A DNA stretch of 64,000 nt from Tubulanus polymorphus. Lineage: Eukaryota; Animalia; Nemertea. A program made the position numbers and the translations under genes. The notes under the pieces were generated by a model. It was not told the DNA's origin and made no database searches. It was given only the letters and a program-made list of their open reading frames with translations. This document shows, in pieces, positions 11,989-25,948 of the stretch (its first letter is position 1; every line of letters begins with the position of its first letter). The DNA lies in contig NC_134035.1 of NCBI RefSeq assembly GCF_964204645.1, positions 3,100,001-3,164,000 on the forward strand. The letters run 5' to 3'.

Positions 11989-14949
11989 ATTTCACAAAAT
12001 TGCTCATCAGTGTTCTAACTAAAGTATATTGTATTTTCTGGTGGAGAAATCGGTTTTATAGATGGGTATTACTTTAAACCTGGGGGGCAGGGGCTGAAGC
12101 GATTTGAAACCAGTCACTAATGTCTATTAGGCTATAGTTAATTCTCAGAACTTATAGAAAAGTTCAGTAATATTGTCACTGACAATATTGAAAGTTCTAT
12201 TTTGACCATTATCTCTTTGAAGAAAAAAGAGCAGTTTATCCAATTTGTTTATTTGTTGAAAATCATAAATGATAAATGATAAATGCATAATATTCTACTC
12301 CTTACTTGGCGGTGCTGGTCAACAATTCATCTTGATCTAGGCCCCTATATCTAGAAAAATTTCTAGAATTCATTTCGAAATTTAGTTATTCTCAACTCTA
12401 TCTGATCAACTTAATGAATGCACTAGCATAAAATTAATGAACTATTTACATGCGGAAAATCAGTTTCAAAAATCAGGACTGAATCACGAGATTGAATAAA
12501 ATGGCGACCGTTTTTATCCGACATTCCGAAATGTCTGTTTTGTATATTTTTTCCGAGAACGAACGAACGAGTGGCCGCCTTTTCAGCCAACAACGAACTG
12601 AGCGAGTGAAATAACTGACGTGTTCGATAAACACAGACGTGTGAATTTTTACCCTTCCCGGCAGCGCCGACGCGCACGTCACGTCTGCCAGTCAATATAT
12701 CACTCACTTCTAGGAAAAAGCGTTCTCCATGTTGTTATCAGTGCCTGGATCGTTTATTTTTCCTATCGGGGGTCACACGTATCGTATGTGTATAATAGGT
12801 TCCGTTAGAATTACGAGAAACGAATCCGATTCCTAGAAATTTGTCATAGTTTCCAAAGGGGTAAATATTTATAATCGAACTCAGTCGAGCGCGGAGTAGT
12901 CATGCAACGTGTTTATCGTCGCGTTAGAATATTACGCAACGCATCCGATTCTCCTAGAAATTCGTCATAGTTTCCTATACTGAATAACGATAATATTTAT
13001 AACCGGGGTCACAATCGAGTGTGGTGCGAGTCTAGTAGTCACGAAGCGTGGCTAACGTCAGGTAGACTCTCATTAAGCTTCTTTCCGTCGCGGCAACAAA
13101 CCGGTTAAATCTTTTATCTCAAATAGTAGAATTGACTTCTCGTTCGCCGGATGACAGCGTTAGTATTTCAGGCCGGATTGTTGACCGCAATTATCGGATA
13201 TAGATAAGACCGATTCGCTGATATTCATCGCGCGATCAAGATTTCGTAGCTGATATCGTAGGGTAAGTAGTTTACGCTCTGAAATAGTCCTTCGCAACGA
13301 AATAATTTGGGGGTCGAAATTATTTGGCAACACTTGTTATTTGTCAAATTAGAACACAGTAAATGAAGACGCAGACAGTATTATCAAAACATATTATGTT
13401 ATATCAGATTTGCCGACTTAATCATAAATTCACGGTTTTATGGATATGGCAAATGTACAACTAATGGAAGACCTGGATGAATAACCGTTTATTACAATAT
13501 TAAATGCTAACGCTATCCCAGACACGGAGACCTATATAAACAAGATTTACGCCTGCAGACAAATTGATATATGACGCAACAACGAAAGTAATATACATAA
13601 TTGATGATGACTATCCTATATCACCGCGCTGCTTATGATTGGTTTTTGAAGGGCAATAAACACAATACATAACTATTTCATGGTCGCGGGCACCGGTATT
13701 TGATTTTTCTTCACTGGATGAAAATATCATATCTCTGCCAGGGCCTCTTTGTACAAGACCCTCATAATATGCTTTGAGTTGCCCTTAATCACTAATATGC
13801 CTACAATGCCTTTGCAATGGTTCATAAATTTGTTTACATCTCAATAGAGAAGAAGGAAACTGCCTATTAACCAAGCAGTAGGAGATTAGACGAACTGGCG
13901 AAGGGATGAAAAGATCTAAACCATCCCCATTAATTTCACTATAGTATCGATTTCTAAGATTTTTCGTGCTAATACGCCGGGCGAGGATGAAAGAAGATTT
14001 CTAGGGTTTGTTACGACGGTAGTACCACCACGGGGGTTAGCGGAATATTACTCTATTTACAGAGTTATTCATTAGAGAAATGATCGTTGAGAACATATAG
14101 TTTCAGTAAAAATATTGACATCGAAGTTGATTATTTGAACGTTGATCGTCTGTCTGATATTTCCTCGCCTCGTGTAATGAGGAAACTTTAAAAGTGCTGG
14201 AAGCTGTTGAATGCTGAACAGACTATAGAATACCCTGATGTGCCGTTCCGTTCATTTCAGCACCGACGCGTAATGATTGATGCTGATCTCAATGGAATTT
14301 TCTAATGGAAATTCAGAGAAGCGAAATAAATCAAATCAGGATATAAGCCGCGATCGCACGAGCATTTTTGGCCAGTGCCAAATTTGGCAACCAATCAGTG
14401 GTTTACGCTTTCAAATTCGACACGGGCCAAATTTGACTCGGGCCTGATGCGGGCCGATTCGGCCCTGGCTTAATCATCTCGTTGTGATCGTGGCTATAGG
14501 TTCTCTATTCAACCTAAACTGGTCAAAGTTAAGTTATCTTTTCTCTTAAAACGTGTACTGCCAGACTTTTGCAACCAAACTAACCGAGGAACTACTGTAT
14601 ATATAGCGTAAGTGAAGTTTCACTTGTGTCGTCGAGTTGTCCTTTACGTCGCGCGGGTATCATAGTGATTTTGTTGCCATATCGACAACCGTATCCTAGC
14701 ATTTATCGTAATTGAAAGAGTAGGCAGCTAGCGATCCTAGGGAGGGTAGATTAAAGGTAATTAGACGAACTGGAACTTTTTCAACGCAGAGATGGGATAT
14801 CAATAGTGAAATTGTTATTGCAGTAATCCACAAGGATGTAGTTTTTGATCAAATGCCAGACTCGAGGCTAGGAAATGTTATCTTCGTCGCGTTTATGTTT
14901 TCCTCGTGTACTCGTCAGCAATGTTTGTCATTCAGGTTTATGCGCAGCC

Positions 14950-16906
14950 ATGACGGTTGGGGCTCGAACGGCCAGGCATCTCTTCAATGTAGTCAAGTAT
15001 GGCTGTATGGCTCATTGTCTAGTGGAGTTCACAGGAACCGTCGTACAGGTGAGCAGGATTCAAGCTGGCCGAATTCATAAATCGATTTCCTAGTGGTACG
15101 AATCATATGTTTGTTTGTTTCAGTGTGATGGGCCATCGATGTCGCCGACATTGAAGTCTAGGGATCTTGTTCTTGCTGAAAGGCTGTCTGTTGGTCTTCG
15201 GAAAATCGTACCGTACGTATAGGCCTACGTAACGTTAATATCTTTTCCATTTCAGGCTGTCAAGCATTATCCCTGCTTTCCAAAATTTAGCGTGATTTTT
15301 TGGTGAAGAAGGTGCTTTTTCCCTACTTACAAAAATGCAGTCCTCTTGCTGAAATTCTGAACGTCTGCGTGTTTTGAATTTCCGTATCCATGGTAAAAGT
15401 TCTGGTACTGCCACCTCAGAAGTCGATACCAATCATACCCGTGCAGCATGTTTTCAATGGTGAACGTGCCAGAAAATAAGACTTGAGAATATTGGAAACA
15501 AAGTATTTGAGAATGGAATATGTAATGGCCCCAGTGAAGCCATCGAAAATCCTGACCAAGTTGATCCTAACTCCCCACTTCACCTTTCAATGGTTCCACT
15601 TGACAGCCCGCCATTTCAATGAAACTCAGTCTCTGATCGTCATCAATTTCTATCTGAATTTCTATCTGTATTTTGAAGCCAGCTTTAATCATCTAGTCAA
15701 ATCACATGAAGTCTGTCTCAATTTGCTATTAAATCTTCTCTCTAACGTTTGCAGGGGTGACATCGTCATTTGCAAGTCGCCGACGAAGCCCGGACAACAG
15801 ATCTGCAAACGAGTGACCGCTCTAGAAGGAGAGTACGTCACAGTCAGTCATGGACCGGCGAAAGGAAAGATGTTTTACGTAAGTATATATACAGTTCCCC
15901 AAGGGTGGATCTAGGGGATGGTCTCAAGGGTCCGTCCACATGATGCCTGCGCCAACCCATTGAGGTGGCTCTTTTCGTCAAGACAGATATCATTTCGACA
16001 CGCCTCCACTCGGAAATTGCGACCTTTCAGGATGTTTCCTACACACAGATATACAGGAACCAGTTTTATAGACCGGTTATACCTTTAACCCAGGGGTTAA
16101 CTCTATTGGAAATTAATTGAGTTAGCCCCCGGGTTAAAGGTTATACCAGACTAGAAAACCATCCCAAGTATATCTTCAGAAATAACAAAACCCGAGGGTT
16201 CCCGATAGAGGTCCAAAACTTGACTGCTTTATTGGAGAAACGTCCTTTCTTTTCTTCTGGACCCCCGGCCTTCCAATTTTCTCAAACCTGCCTCTGTACA
16301 ACCCACGTACTCTTCAAAATATGATCACGTTTACGTCGATTACTGAATGGTTTTACGCTTAACGAGATGAAAATCGATCGTGACAAAATCGATCGTGATA
16401 GAAGAAATTTCCCAGCGGCGAAACGACAGACTCGAGTCTCGGTCTAGATTTTATGGTCTAGTATTGGGAAATGATTTGAGCACACAATCCTCAAATCCAG
16501 CAAAACCTAAAGACCTCATAAAGCAGCAAATTACTTTGATTTTCAAGATTTCCTTAACACGACCTCCCTATGCCAGTAGTATTAATATCATTCACTATAC
16601 CAGTCATACCACACACCACTATCTACGAATGTTGTTTACGAGAAATTAATTCCGTATTTTTTTCTCTCTTCTCTTTCGAAGGTTCCGCGGGGTCACGTTT
16701 GGCTCGAAGGCGACAACGGCGACAACTCGATCGACTCGTGTTACTACGGCGCCGTGCCGTACGGTCTGATCACGAGTCGCGTGTTCTGTCGCGTGTGGCC
16801 GCCCGCCAGTCTCACCAACAAGCAGTTCATCTTGCCGACGAACGTCACGCGCAACCCGGCCGTCTGCGACCAGAAACCGACCGGACCAGAAACCGACGAC
16901 GAGTGA
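14950..16906 (+). CDS. IMMP1L: Mitochondrial inner membrane protease subunit 1 (S26 peptidase), 178 aa
   Basis: Exons 14950-15048, 15124-15212, 15755-15878, 16682-16906, all GT-AG and in phase. Motifs [15 protein letters not shown] (catalytic Ser), [14 protein letters not shown] (catalytic Lys), [27 protein letters not shown]. Confidence 0.95.
16056..16165. mobile_element. Palindromic MITE in IMMP1L intron 3
   Basis: Long hairpin (TATACCTTTAACCCAGGGGTTAACTC...GAGTTAGCCCCCGGGTTAAAGGTTATA). A second copy lies at about 58229-58339. Confidence 0.65.
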
Positions 16907-18120
16907 TTATTGCAATCGGTCCAACTGTAGAAAGTGTACAAAAAAAAGAAGAAGAACTACGAATCTATACTATAGAATAACGCGAGTTGGAAAATATACT
17001 ATAGTTCACAGTATTATTACATTTAAAAGCATTAAAAACTGCCAGTTATATGAATGAAATTCAGAATTCGAGATGCATTTCGCCGATTTCGAAGTTGCGT
17101 AGAGATCGAGTCCTGCTGAGAGAGCATTTCGTGAATATTTGGAAACTTTGTCTCGTAGAGATTGTGAAATAGAAATTAGAAAACGGTGAAAATGACTGAT
17201 GCCTTATTCGTTAGCGTTGGGATAGTTTTACATGTACAATATTGAGCAGTGTAAGTTGCAGTCGCACGGCTGCAGGTCATAATCTGGCTGTGAATTTAAA
17301 TCGGTGAAATTTAACTCCAGTGGAACCTCGTTACAACGATCTTTAGGGGACCAGAAAATCTGTTTGTTATATCCAGTATGCAATTAGTAAAATTGTCCTA
17401 TTTGGGGCGATATTCTAGGTTTACAATAACCGATAAATTGTTATATCAGAGGTTGTTATAATGAGGTTCTATTATTTCAGTTAACTCCACTTCGCTCGGT
17501 GGTTTTGGGACTGTAAATATCTCACCGACTGAGTGAGTTGACCCAGGGACATGTAAAAACAAGTTTACCGAATACTGTGCTGACAATCGGCGAAAAAGGA
17601 GGTTTTATCAAATAAGACTTTAATGCCCAAAACATTCAGTCGGTTTTGGCAGAGTTTTGGCAGAGTTGACCGGTACCCTGAGTAGGGCGGACTCTACCGT
17701 ACGCTTCCATATTGTGCATAATGTGGTTACGCAAGATTTGAAGCAATAACTGCTAAATATGAATTCGTCTGATCACTCGGGTGCGAATGGCTCCATTTCT
17801 ATGATTTGATATGGTGTACTTGTAAAAAGATTCATTTTTGTTAGAAACATTACGAAAAATTTGTAACTATCAGCCACGCAATGGTGGGATTCCGATTTAG
17901 TGGTGTTCAGCAGTTACCGATCCACCAGATGGTAGATTGCGACAGTATCGGCTCGCCCGCCGAGCGTGTTTGCCATATGACGGTCTATGTCAGTGTTTTA
18001 TTCAATAAGTAACAGTTTGAATAGACAAGCTGCATATATTGGATTGCGTGAATGAATATTTTTCCTCTAGACTGCATCTGGTGGTTTCCATGTATTAGAC
18101 TATATATAGCATGAGCCGTG

Positions 18121-18320
18121 CAGTCGAAGTCCGTTATAACGCTGTCATCCTTTTTAATACCACTATCACGATAGTGCCAACATTTTTCAGAGAACATATT
18201 TGCTCAATCAACCTCAAATTCAATGATAAATACCATTCTGTTTAAGGCCAAAATCCATGTTTTTTGGCGTTAAACAGAATGGTATTTATCAACCGCGGCG
18301 TTATAGAGTACTTTTACTGT
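18121..18320. mobile_element. Tc1/mariner-type MITE
   Basis: CAGTCGAAGTCCGTTATAACGC...GCGTTATAGAGTACTTTTACTG termini. A reverse copy lies at about 50515-50705 and a related element at 17318-17473. Confidence 0.55.
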
Positions 18321-18551
18321 ATATACCACATACCAGCTGAGCCCACGTTTACATACATGTTTGATCCGGATTTCTCATAAACTGGATGAATTGCATCTGT
18401 CCAAAATGATTCGGAATTAAGCTGGTTTTGCTGTACTAATGTCTAACACATAAATTGCACGTTATTCCCCGGTGTAATTTACATATTCGCTCGATTCAAT
18501 GAAAATGGCGTAAGGATCCAAGCTTCGTCGAAGAGGTGTAACTTTTGATAA

Positions 18552-18910
18552 GGGGCCATTCATAAGAGTACAATCACATCCACTGGGGAAAGGGTTAACC
18601 CTTTCCGTGCTGACTAATCAATACCCTATAGTGCTGGAGATAATTTGAAAATTTTTAGAAATTCCACCCTAGTGTGTTGAATAACTGGAATATCACTATA
18701 GTGCATCTACACCGCAGCGCAGTGTATCGTTAGTTACTAATATTTCACCATGTTTGACAGGTGCTGCCATTTTTCAAGAGAAATTACATCACTGATTTAT
18801 ACACCGCACTGCGGTGTAGACGCACTGAAAGGGTTTTAAGGGCTACATCAAACTAAAAATGATCGAAACGAATTTTAGATGCGAGTACATACACTTTTAT
18901 GAATGACCCC
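18552..18910. mobile_element. Harbinger/Tourist-like MITE containing a nested piggyBac-like MITE (18599-18833)
   Basis: Outer TIRs GGGGCCATTCATAA / TTATGAATGACCCC. The inner element CCCTTT..GTGC...GCACTGAAAGGG follows TTAA and matches 56948-57235. Confidence 0.7.
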
Positions 18911-21579
18911 TTAATTGACACCTCGTTATTTTGTTTTTGATTTGGATAAAGTTACCTGTTGTCTTGTAGGTATTAGTCAGTCAGTATGACGCATAATCAG
19001 TTGGTTTCACCTCTGGCTACAGTTCCACAGTTGTGTTGTTGTTTTGTTTGGACATTTCTCTCCGAGTTGAAGTACTAAAATTGGAAATGAGATCTAATAT
19101 TGACGCCGTTTGTAGATATCGAAATCAAAAAAACTGTCGAACTGTCCGAGAGTGTTACATCTATACCGTTTAGAATGGCTTAACCTTGTGAGATTTTGAT
19201 ATATCACTCTAACCCTATTTGAAATGTATGCGGGGCTGAGCCAGAATGTTACTTAACTGTAACTTTTCTGATGACAGGGCAATATAGATCATGTAAATAA
19301 TATCCCCAAAGCCGAGTACTGAAGGCTCAATACAAAAAAAAAATGGGTAAAGGTTCCTGCTTCAGAAAATGTTCACTATCTGAATCGTATTTGTTGCACT
19401 AATTAGGTCTTTAGGGCTTTGCTGCTTTGTAAATTGAGTTGAGAATACTTTATTTTTTGAAAGGCGCTATAAAATCTATTGTCCCTGTTGTCCAATTTAT
19501 ACCGCAAATACGGTCTGGCGTCTGTCTTGTAGATATGAATGCAATTATTGGATAAAGAATGGAAGAAATGTGCATGAAAATGAAAATAAAGAATGTTTGA
19601 AATGCTGAACACTAAAACTAGATACTGTTACCCTATTGAATACGAAAAAGAATTTCGACAAGGATTTCGATGTCACTAGCTTATCCATAAGTCCTCTCTC
19701 AAGTACCATCAGGTTAAATATTCCAGCTCTTATTGCATGTTTGACTACGATTTGAATTGATATTCGACCTGCGACTCGAGTGTATGCGAATTATGAAAAC
19801 AGTTTTAATAGTCAGGGTAAATGGGTGCTTTTCGCGCACTTTATAATATGTGTATTTTATTGTGTATATATATTTTTGAGATGCTTTTGCATTTTGCATT
19901 TTCCTTGTGTATAAGTTCTATCTCGGAGTACTCCAAAGTTCTCTATTGATGCCTTGACAGTTTTTGTGTACGCGCTGTCTTACATAAGCCGTATTTTTGT
20001 AAAAGTCTGATCCCGGTTCTTGTAATCGGCTATGTGTTTCTCTGCATGTTTTGTATGATAGTCTCTAAAAGAGTCAGTTCGTTTTGGAGTCCATGGTTTG
20101 TATGATGGACTCTAAAAATATTCGTTTTTGGAGTTCATGGTTGAATGCTTGCAAGTCGTTGGTTTTTTCTTAGTATATATGTTAGTGTATATGGTTCAAT
20201 TGCATTGATATCCTTTGAAAAAAAAGTGAATCTGAATTGTAAAAGATATTTTTCAGGTCCTGTGTATAGAAAGACATAGAATACGTAGAAACTTGTTGAA
20301 AGGTGATGAAAATACTGTAGTCAATATGAGTAGTTATCGTTTGCCTTTGATTATCGCATGTCCCGAACGAAACTTAAAACATGGTTCTCACAGTACAGGG
20401 AAATTGGGAAAAACTTGGGAATTTTGAAGTAATATTCCTAGTTAGGAAATATTTGGGAATTTGAGTAATTTTCCTCTAATCAGGCAAATATTTTGGGAAA
20501 TTAATTTACATTTCATGTATTGCATTTGCCGAGGGGAACTTTCTTCAGCAATTTCTTTTGAAAATTACCTTTAACCGGTAACCACTAAAATGTTGACTTA
20601 TAGTATGGCGATATCTGTTCATGTTTACGAAGGCCCAATTTTCTATTTGGGTAAATTGAAAAATCACCCATGAAATACTTGGGAAATTTTCATTCATGTA
20701 ACGGTGGGAACCATGTTGAATTTTGCCCAACTCTTCTTAAGTTTGAAGATTTATCAGGCGTAGTTTGTACGTATTGTAGGCATGTCGGTCAGCATCCTTT
20801 CGTCGCCAGTACAGCGACAAGTAATAAGTAGCTAGGCTTCGTTGACGACAGTAGTACACTCACTTACATTCGTTCGTGAACCAAATACATGTATTATATA
20901 GCAATACTTCTTGTAGTAAAACTGATCTAATTCATTCATTAGTAACAGGTAACCGTTTCGCGGCATTAAGGGTATGAACTGGATGTCCCATTTTAATAGG
21001 ACGATTTTTATTAAGAGTACCGGTAAAAAGCTATGTATATTTTTATGATATAATGTATGTAAATGTATGGATAATAAATTTCGTGAAAATATTCGAACTT
21101 CTTGATGAGTTTTTTTTAGGTCTTTTAGTTTTGAGGATTCATTTGACAGGAAAGACAGTAGTTCTAAGCTCATGCCCTTTGGGACCTTTTGCAGAACGAT
21201 TCCCATTCATGAAGTAAAAAAAAAAGTCTAAAGAATGAAATCATTTTTTGTTGCAACGATTGGTTAAACATTTGTCAATACAAAAGTGGAACTCTATCTA
21301 GATATATCTCTATTGCACGCTCGTATATGTGTATATACGTATGTCGTAGTGAACGGATATAACAGGTCACATATTCAACCAGTAAAGTCTATACCATTAA
21401 TACATGTAGTAAGTACGGTACATGAACTACGGGTTTAGTTTTAACGTAAATGAGTTGAATCCTATACGTTATCGATGCAACGATCCTAAATCTGGATGTA
21501 TACAAGTTTCATTCGAGCAAAAACTGATACCGTTAGTGAGTAAAATACTTCGCTTTTGTTTTCACGTATAGGTAGAATT

Positions 21580-23213
21580 ATGAGCTTTTACGATCGAATG
21601 ATGAACTCGCGGTTTGTGCTGCACACACTGTTAGGGATCGGAGTCGGTGTGCTGATATACAAGTCGAGGAAGGACAGAGCGAGAAGGAATGCTATTCAGC
21701 AGAAACTCAACTCAATACCGCCTGGTATGTGTCCAAAAGTCTTACATCTATCATATTCAAGCTTTTTCGCATTAACTGATTATTTTTATCATTTATCAAC
21801 TAATTTGCAGGTTTAAGTTATAGACAATGCGACGTAATGGAAAGCTCGCTGGACGTCGCTCACCGAGTCGGTGGTCTAATCGACACTAATGTCCTGTTTA
21901 TCGAATCAGATCGAGAAATCGGTAAAGAATTGGTGCAGAAATCCGTCGATTTGTTGTGGGATCGTTACATCATGTTGAGGTTGAAAGTCTTGACGGTGGA
22001 CACTGGCGCGCGGATACTGCCACGATTTCTGGTAGAAATGGAACGATCACCTGTGAAATGTCGAGTCGAATTACGAGACGGGAATGACTGGAAACAGGTG
22101 TTTGAGTCGGAGATTCTACGACCGCTTGACTGCGACGACGGTCCACTGTGGAGAGTGTGCATGCTGAATGTGGACGAGTTCAAATACGCGTTTGTGTTCA
22201 CGTTCCATCACGCGATCGTAGATGGCGCTGCGATCATGCAGATTTTAACCGAATTCCAACGAAACATAGATGTGTTGTTGCGAGGAGTTGAACCTCAGAT
22301 GCCAGACGACTACAGCGATCACAGCCAAGTCATAACACCTAACCTGTCCGAAATGTTGAAGAACGACCCACGGTATGCTTGGTCTATTTCTGATGTGACT
22401 ACCCCGTTACGATTAAGCAAAACAATGTCCACTCCTGACACCGGTTTGGCCGGTGAACTGAGCCGCACACTTGGACCGAAAGGGTCAATCGAATATAAAA
22501 CCAGTATCGAAGAGTTTGAACTTTCCGAAGTACAATCTTCAGCGTTGAGAAAGAAGTGTAAAGAAATGAAATGTACAGTTCATGGCGCTTGTACAGCGGC
22601 CGCTGCTTTGGCTTTGAGAAAATTGGCACAATTAAATGATATAGAAGATGAGTATCTTAGAACATTTCCAACCAGTTTAAACGTCAGTATGAGGAGATAT
22701 GTTAATGCTGCTATGAACGGTCGTTTGGGTAATTTCATTTCAATCATTGGTCTTCCTGTTATGTTGGTGAAGCCCGGCAGCCAAACTCCAGTTGAATTCT
22801 GGGAGCTAGCTCGCGAGTCTACCGAACAGGTTCATCTAGGACTGAACGACGGATTACAATTTCTCTTCACGAAGATGTTAAAGCTTATGCGTTATTTCGG
22901 CTCCGATCGTGGATTCTGTGATATGTGGTCGGGCGGCGGTGACAGTCCTCGTCATAAAATGTTCAATATATCCAATCGTGGTCTGTTCAAGAATGTTCCT
23001 GGTGAGCGTGTTACACGGATAACTGGGGTGTACTGGGCCACTGCCGAACACAGCTGCCCTATGGGCAGATTTACACATAACGTCGTCTCTTTAGACGATA
23101 AGATGTACTGGTCGGTTACTAATTACCTGAACGTAACGCGTCGAGAATCAGCGAGACAATACGCCGATCTGATCAAATCGATTTTAGTCGAAAATATAAT
23201 TCGTGTAGAATGA
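21580..23213 (+). CDS. Membrane-anchored HHxxxDG acyltransferase (condensation/PapA5/alcohol acyltransferase fold), paralog 1, 515 aa
   Basis: Exons 21580-21724 and 21811-23213 (86-nt phase-1 GT-AG intron). N-terminal hydrophobic FVLHTLLGIGVGVLIY followed by a basic KSRKDRARR; motifs GPLWRV, FHHAIVDG, CTVHGACTAA, VSMRR, LGNF, ISNRG. Confidence 0.9.
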
Positions 23214-24220
23214 GAGAGATGCTATTAGTTCGGTTCACGAACACGAGTGTTAATTTGAATACGAAGGCTTCGTGCAATCCATTCCCTAGACTGGGAACCC
23301 GCCATTTGAATAATGTATAAATGTATAGCCAATCAGAGATCGTTTGTGATGAGACAATGTGTATATAAATGTAATGGTAAATATCTATGATAAGATCCTC
23401 AAATTCATGATAAATCACAAGTAGTTGTGTAACGATTTCTAGAACAGGGTTTCGCGTACGAACTTCCCGTCAACCGGATTATGAAAACTATGAATATGCA
23501 TGACAAGTAATGTCCAGCAAACGTTGAGTTTTGGAACTATTAAAGTAATGCTTTTTTCAGACAATATTCGATATAAAAAGCCCTTTTTGGGCTATTGGCC
23601 ATTTTGGCCTTTTTTCGTTGAATTAAAACTTTTAACTTCGGGATGTCAAGCTGTACAACGGGGTATGGGAGTCAGGACAGTCAACCGTGGTTCATGGCGC
23701 TGACGGTCGTTTCTTTACACCTGATGTTATATTATATATGTAAAAATATAAATAAAAAATTTCGGGTGAATATTCGAACTTTTATATGAGTTTTTAATTT
23801 TTTCTGTTGAGGATTCTGTGACGGACAGGGAGGCCCATTAATCTAAGTTCATGCCCATTGAGACCCTTCGCAGATCGATTTCCATCTATGATGTGAAAAA
23901 CGTCTAAAGAAAGTAATAAACTTTTGTTGCGAATCAACACAACGAATGTTTGAAAATGTAAAAGTAGAACTCCAGCTAAAAATAGCTCTATTGTGCGCTC
24001 ACGTATATAAAAATAGTGAGCGGGTAAAATAGGTCAAAATATTCAACCTATACCAGCAATACATGTAGTGGGTTCATGAACGATGTGGGTTTAGTTTAAG
24101 AGTTAAAGTATATTTGTGATCAAGGCAACGATCCTAAATCTGGATGTATACAAGTTTCATTCGAGCAAAAACTGGGACCTTTGTGAGTAAAATACTTCGT
24201 TTTCAAGAATCGGTAGCATT

Positions 24221-25849
24221 ATGAGTCTTTACGATCGTGTGATGAACTCGCGGTTTGTGCTGCACACACTGTTAGGGATCGGAGTCGGTGTGCTGATATA
24301 TAAGTCGAGGAAGGACAGAGCGAGAAGGAATGCCATTCAGCAAAAACTCAACTCTATACCGCCTGGTATGTATCTCAAGTCTTATATCTATCGTATTCAA
24401 GCTTTGTCGCAATAACTGATTAATTTTATCAAACTGTTTGCAGGTTTGAGTTACAGACAATGCGACGTTATGGAAAGCTGGCTGGACGTCGCTCACCGAG
24501 TGGGAGGTCTAATCGACACCAATGTCCTGTTTATCGAATCAGATCGAGAAATCAGTAAAGAATTGGTGCAGAAATCCGTCGACTTGTTGTGGAATCGTTA
24601 CATCATGTTGAGGTTAAAAGTCCTAGAGGTGGACACTGGCGCGCGGATACTGCCACGATTTCTGGTAGAAATGGAACGATCACCTGTGAAATGTCGAGTC
24701 GAATTACGAGACGGGAATGACTGGAAACAGGTGTTTGAGTCGGAGATTCTACGACCGCTTGACTGCGACGACGGTCCACTGTGGAGAGTGTGCATGCTGA
24801 ATGTGGACGAGTACAAGTACGCGTTTGTCTTCACGTTCCATCACGCGATCGTAGATGGCGCTGCGATCATGCAGATTTTAACCGAATTCCAACGAAACAT
24901 AGATGAGTTGTTGCGAGGAGTTGAACCTCAGGTGCCAGACGACTACAGCGATCACAGCCACGTCATAACACCTAACCTGTCCGAAATGTTGAAGGACGAC
25001 CCACGTTATGCTTGGTCTATTTCTGACATAGCTACCCCGTTACAATTAAGTAAAGTAATGTCCAGCACTGACACCGGTTTGGCCGGTGAACTGAGCCGCA
25101 CACTTGGACCGAAAGGGTTAATCGAATATAAAACCAGTATCGAAGAGTTTGAACTTTCCGAAGTAGAATCTTCAGCGTTGAGGAAGAGATGTAAAGAAAT
25201 GAAATGTACAGTTCATGGCGCTTGTACAGCGGCCGCTGCTTTGGCCTTGAGGAAATTGGCGCGATTAAACGGGATAGAAAATAAATATCTTAAAACTTTT
25301 CCAACCAGTTTTAACGTCAGTATGAGGAGATATGTTAATGATGTCGATATGAAAGGGCGCTTAGGTAATTTCATTTCACTAATCGCTCTTCCGCTTGTAT
25401 TAGTGAAGCCCGGCAGCCAAACTCCAGTCGAATTCTGGGAGCTAGCTCGCGAGTCTACCGAAAATGTTCATCTAAGACTGAACAACGGATTACAGTTCGT
25501 CTTCACAAAGACTTTAAAGCTTAGAGGTAATATCGGCTCCGATCGTGGATACCGTGATATGTGGTCGGGCGGCGGTGACAGTCCTCGACATAAATTGTTC
25601 AATATATCCAATCGTGGTCTGTTCAAGACTGTAACTCCGGATGAGCGAGTTACACGTATAACGGGGGTGTACTGGGCCACTGCCGAACACAACAGCGCTA
25701 TGGGCAGATTCGCCCATAACGTCGTCTCTTTAGACGATAAGATGTACTGGTCGGTTACTTATTACCTTAACGTCACGCGTCGGGAATCTGCGAGACAATA
25801 CGCCGATCTGATCAAATCGATTTTAATCGAAAATATATCTGAAGACTGA
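24221..25849 (+). CDS. Membrane-anchored HHxxxDG acyltransferase, paralog 2, 516 aa
   Basis: Exons 24221-24365 and 24444-25849 (78-nt intron). Same architecture, with FHHAIVDG. Confidence 0.9.
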
Positions 25850-25884
25850 GAGAGATACAAGATCGGGTCCGGGACCAAATTACT

Positions 25885-25948
25885 TTAATAATAATTAATA
25901 ATAATTTAATAATAATTTAATAATAATAATAATAATAGTAATTAATAA
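25885..25948. repeat. Imperfect (TAA)n microsatellite
   Basis: TAATAATAATTAATAATAATTTAATAATAAT... run just after the paralog 2 stop codon. Confidence 0.85.

Noticed and set aside
12805-13060. Degenerate tandem duplication of about 120 bp (similar local duplications at about 40350-40860 and 43765-44020)
   Set aside because: Ordinary local duplications with no spacer structure or coding signal; not CRISPR-like.
17923-17936. CTCF-like motif CCACCAGATGGTAG, with another (CACTAGATGGCG) near 31680, bracketing the acyltransferase cluster
   Set aside because: Short imperfect matches are expected by chance and cannot be supported without ChIP data.
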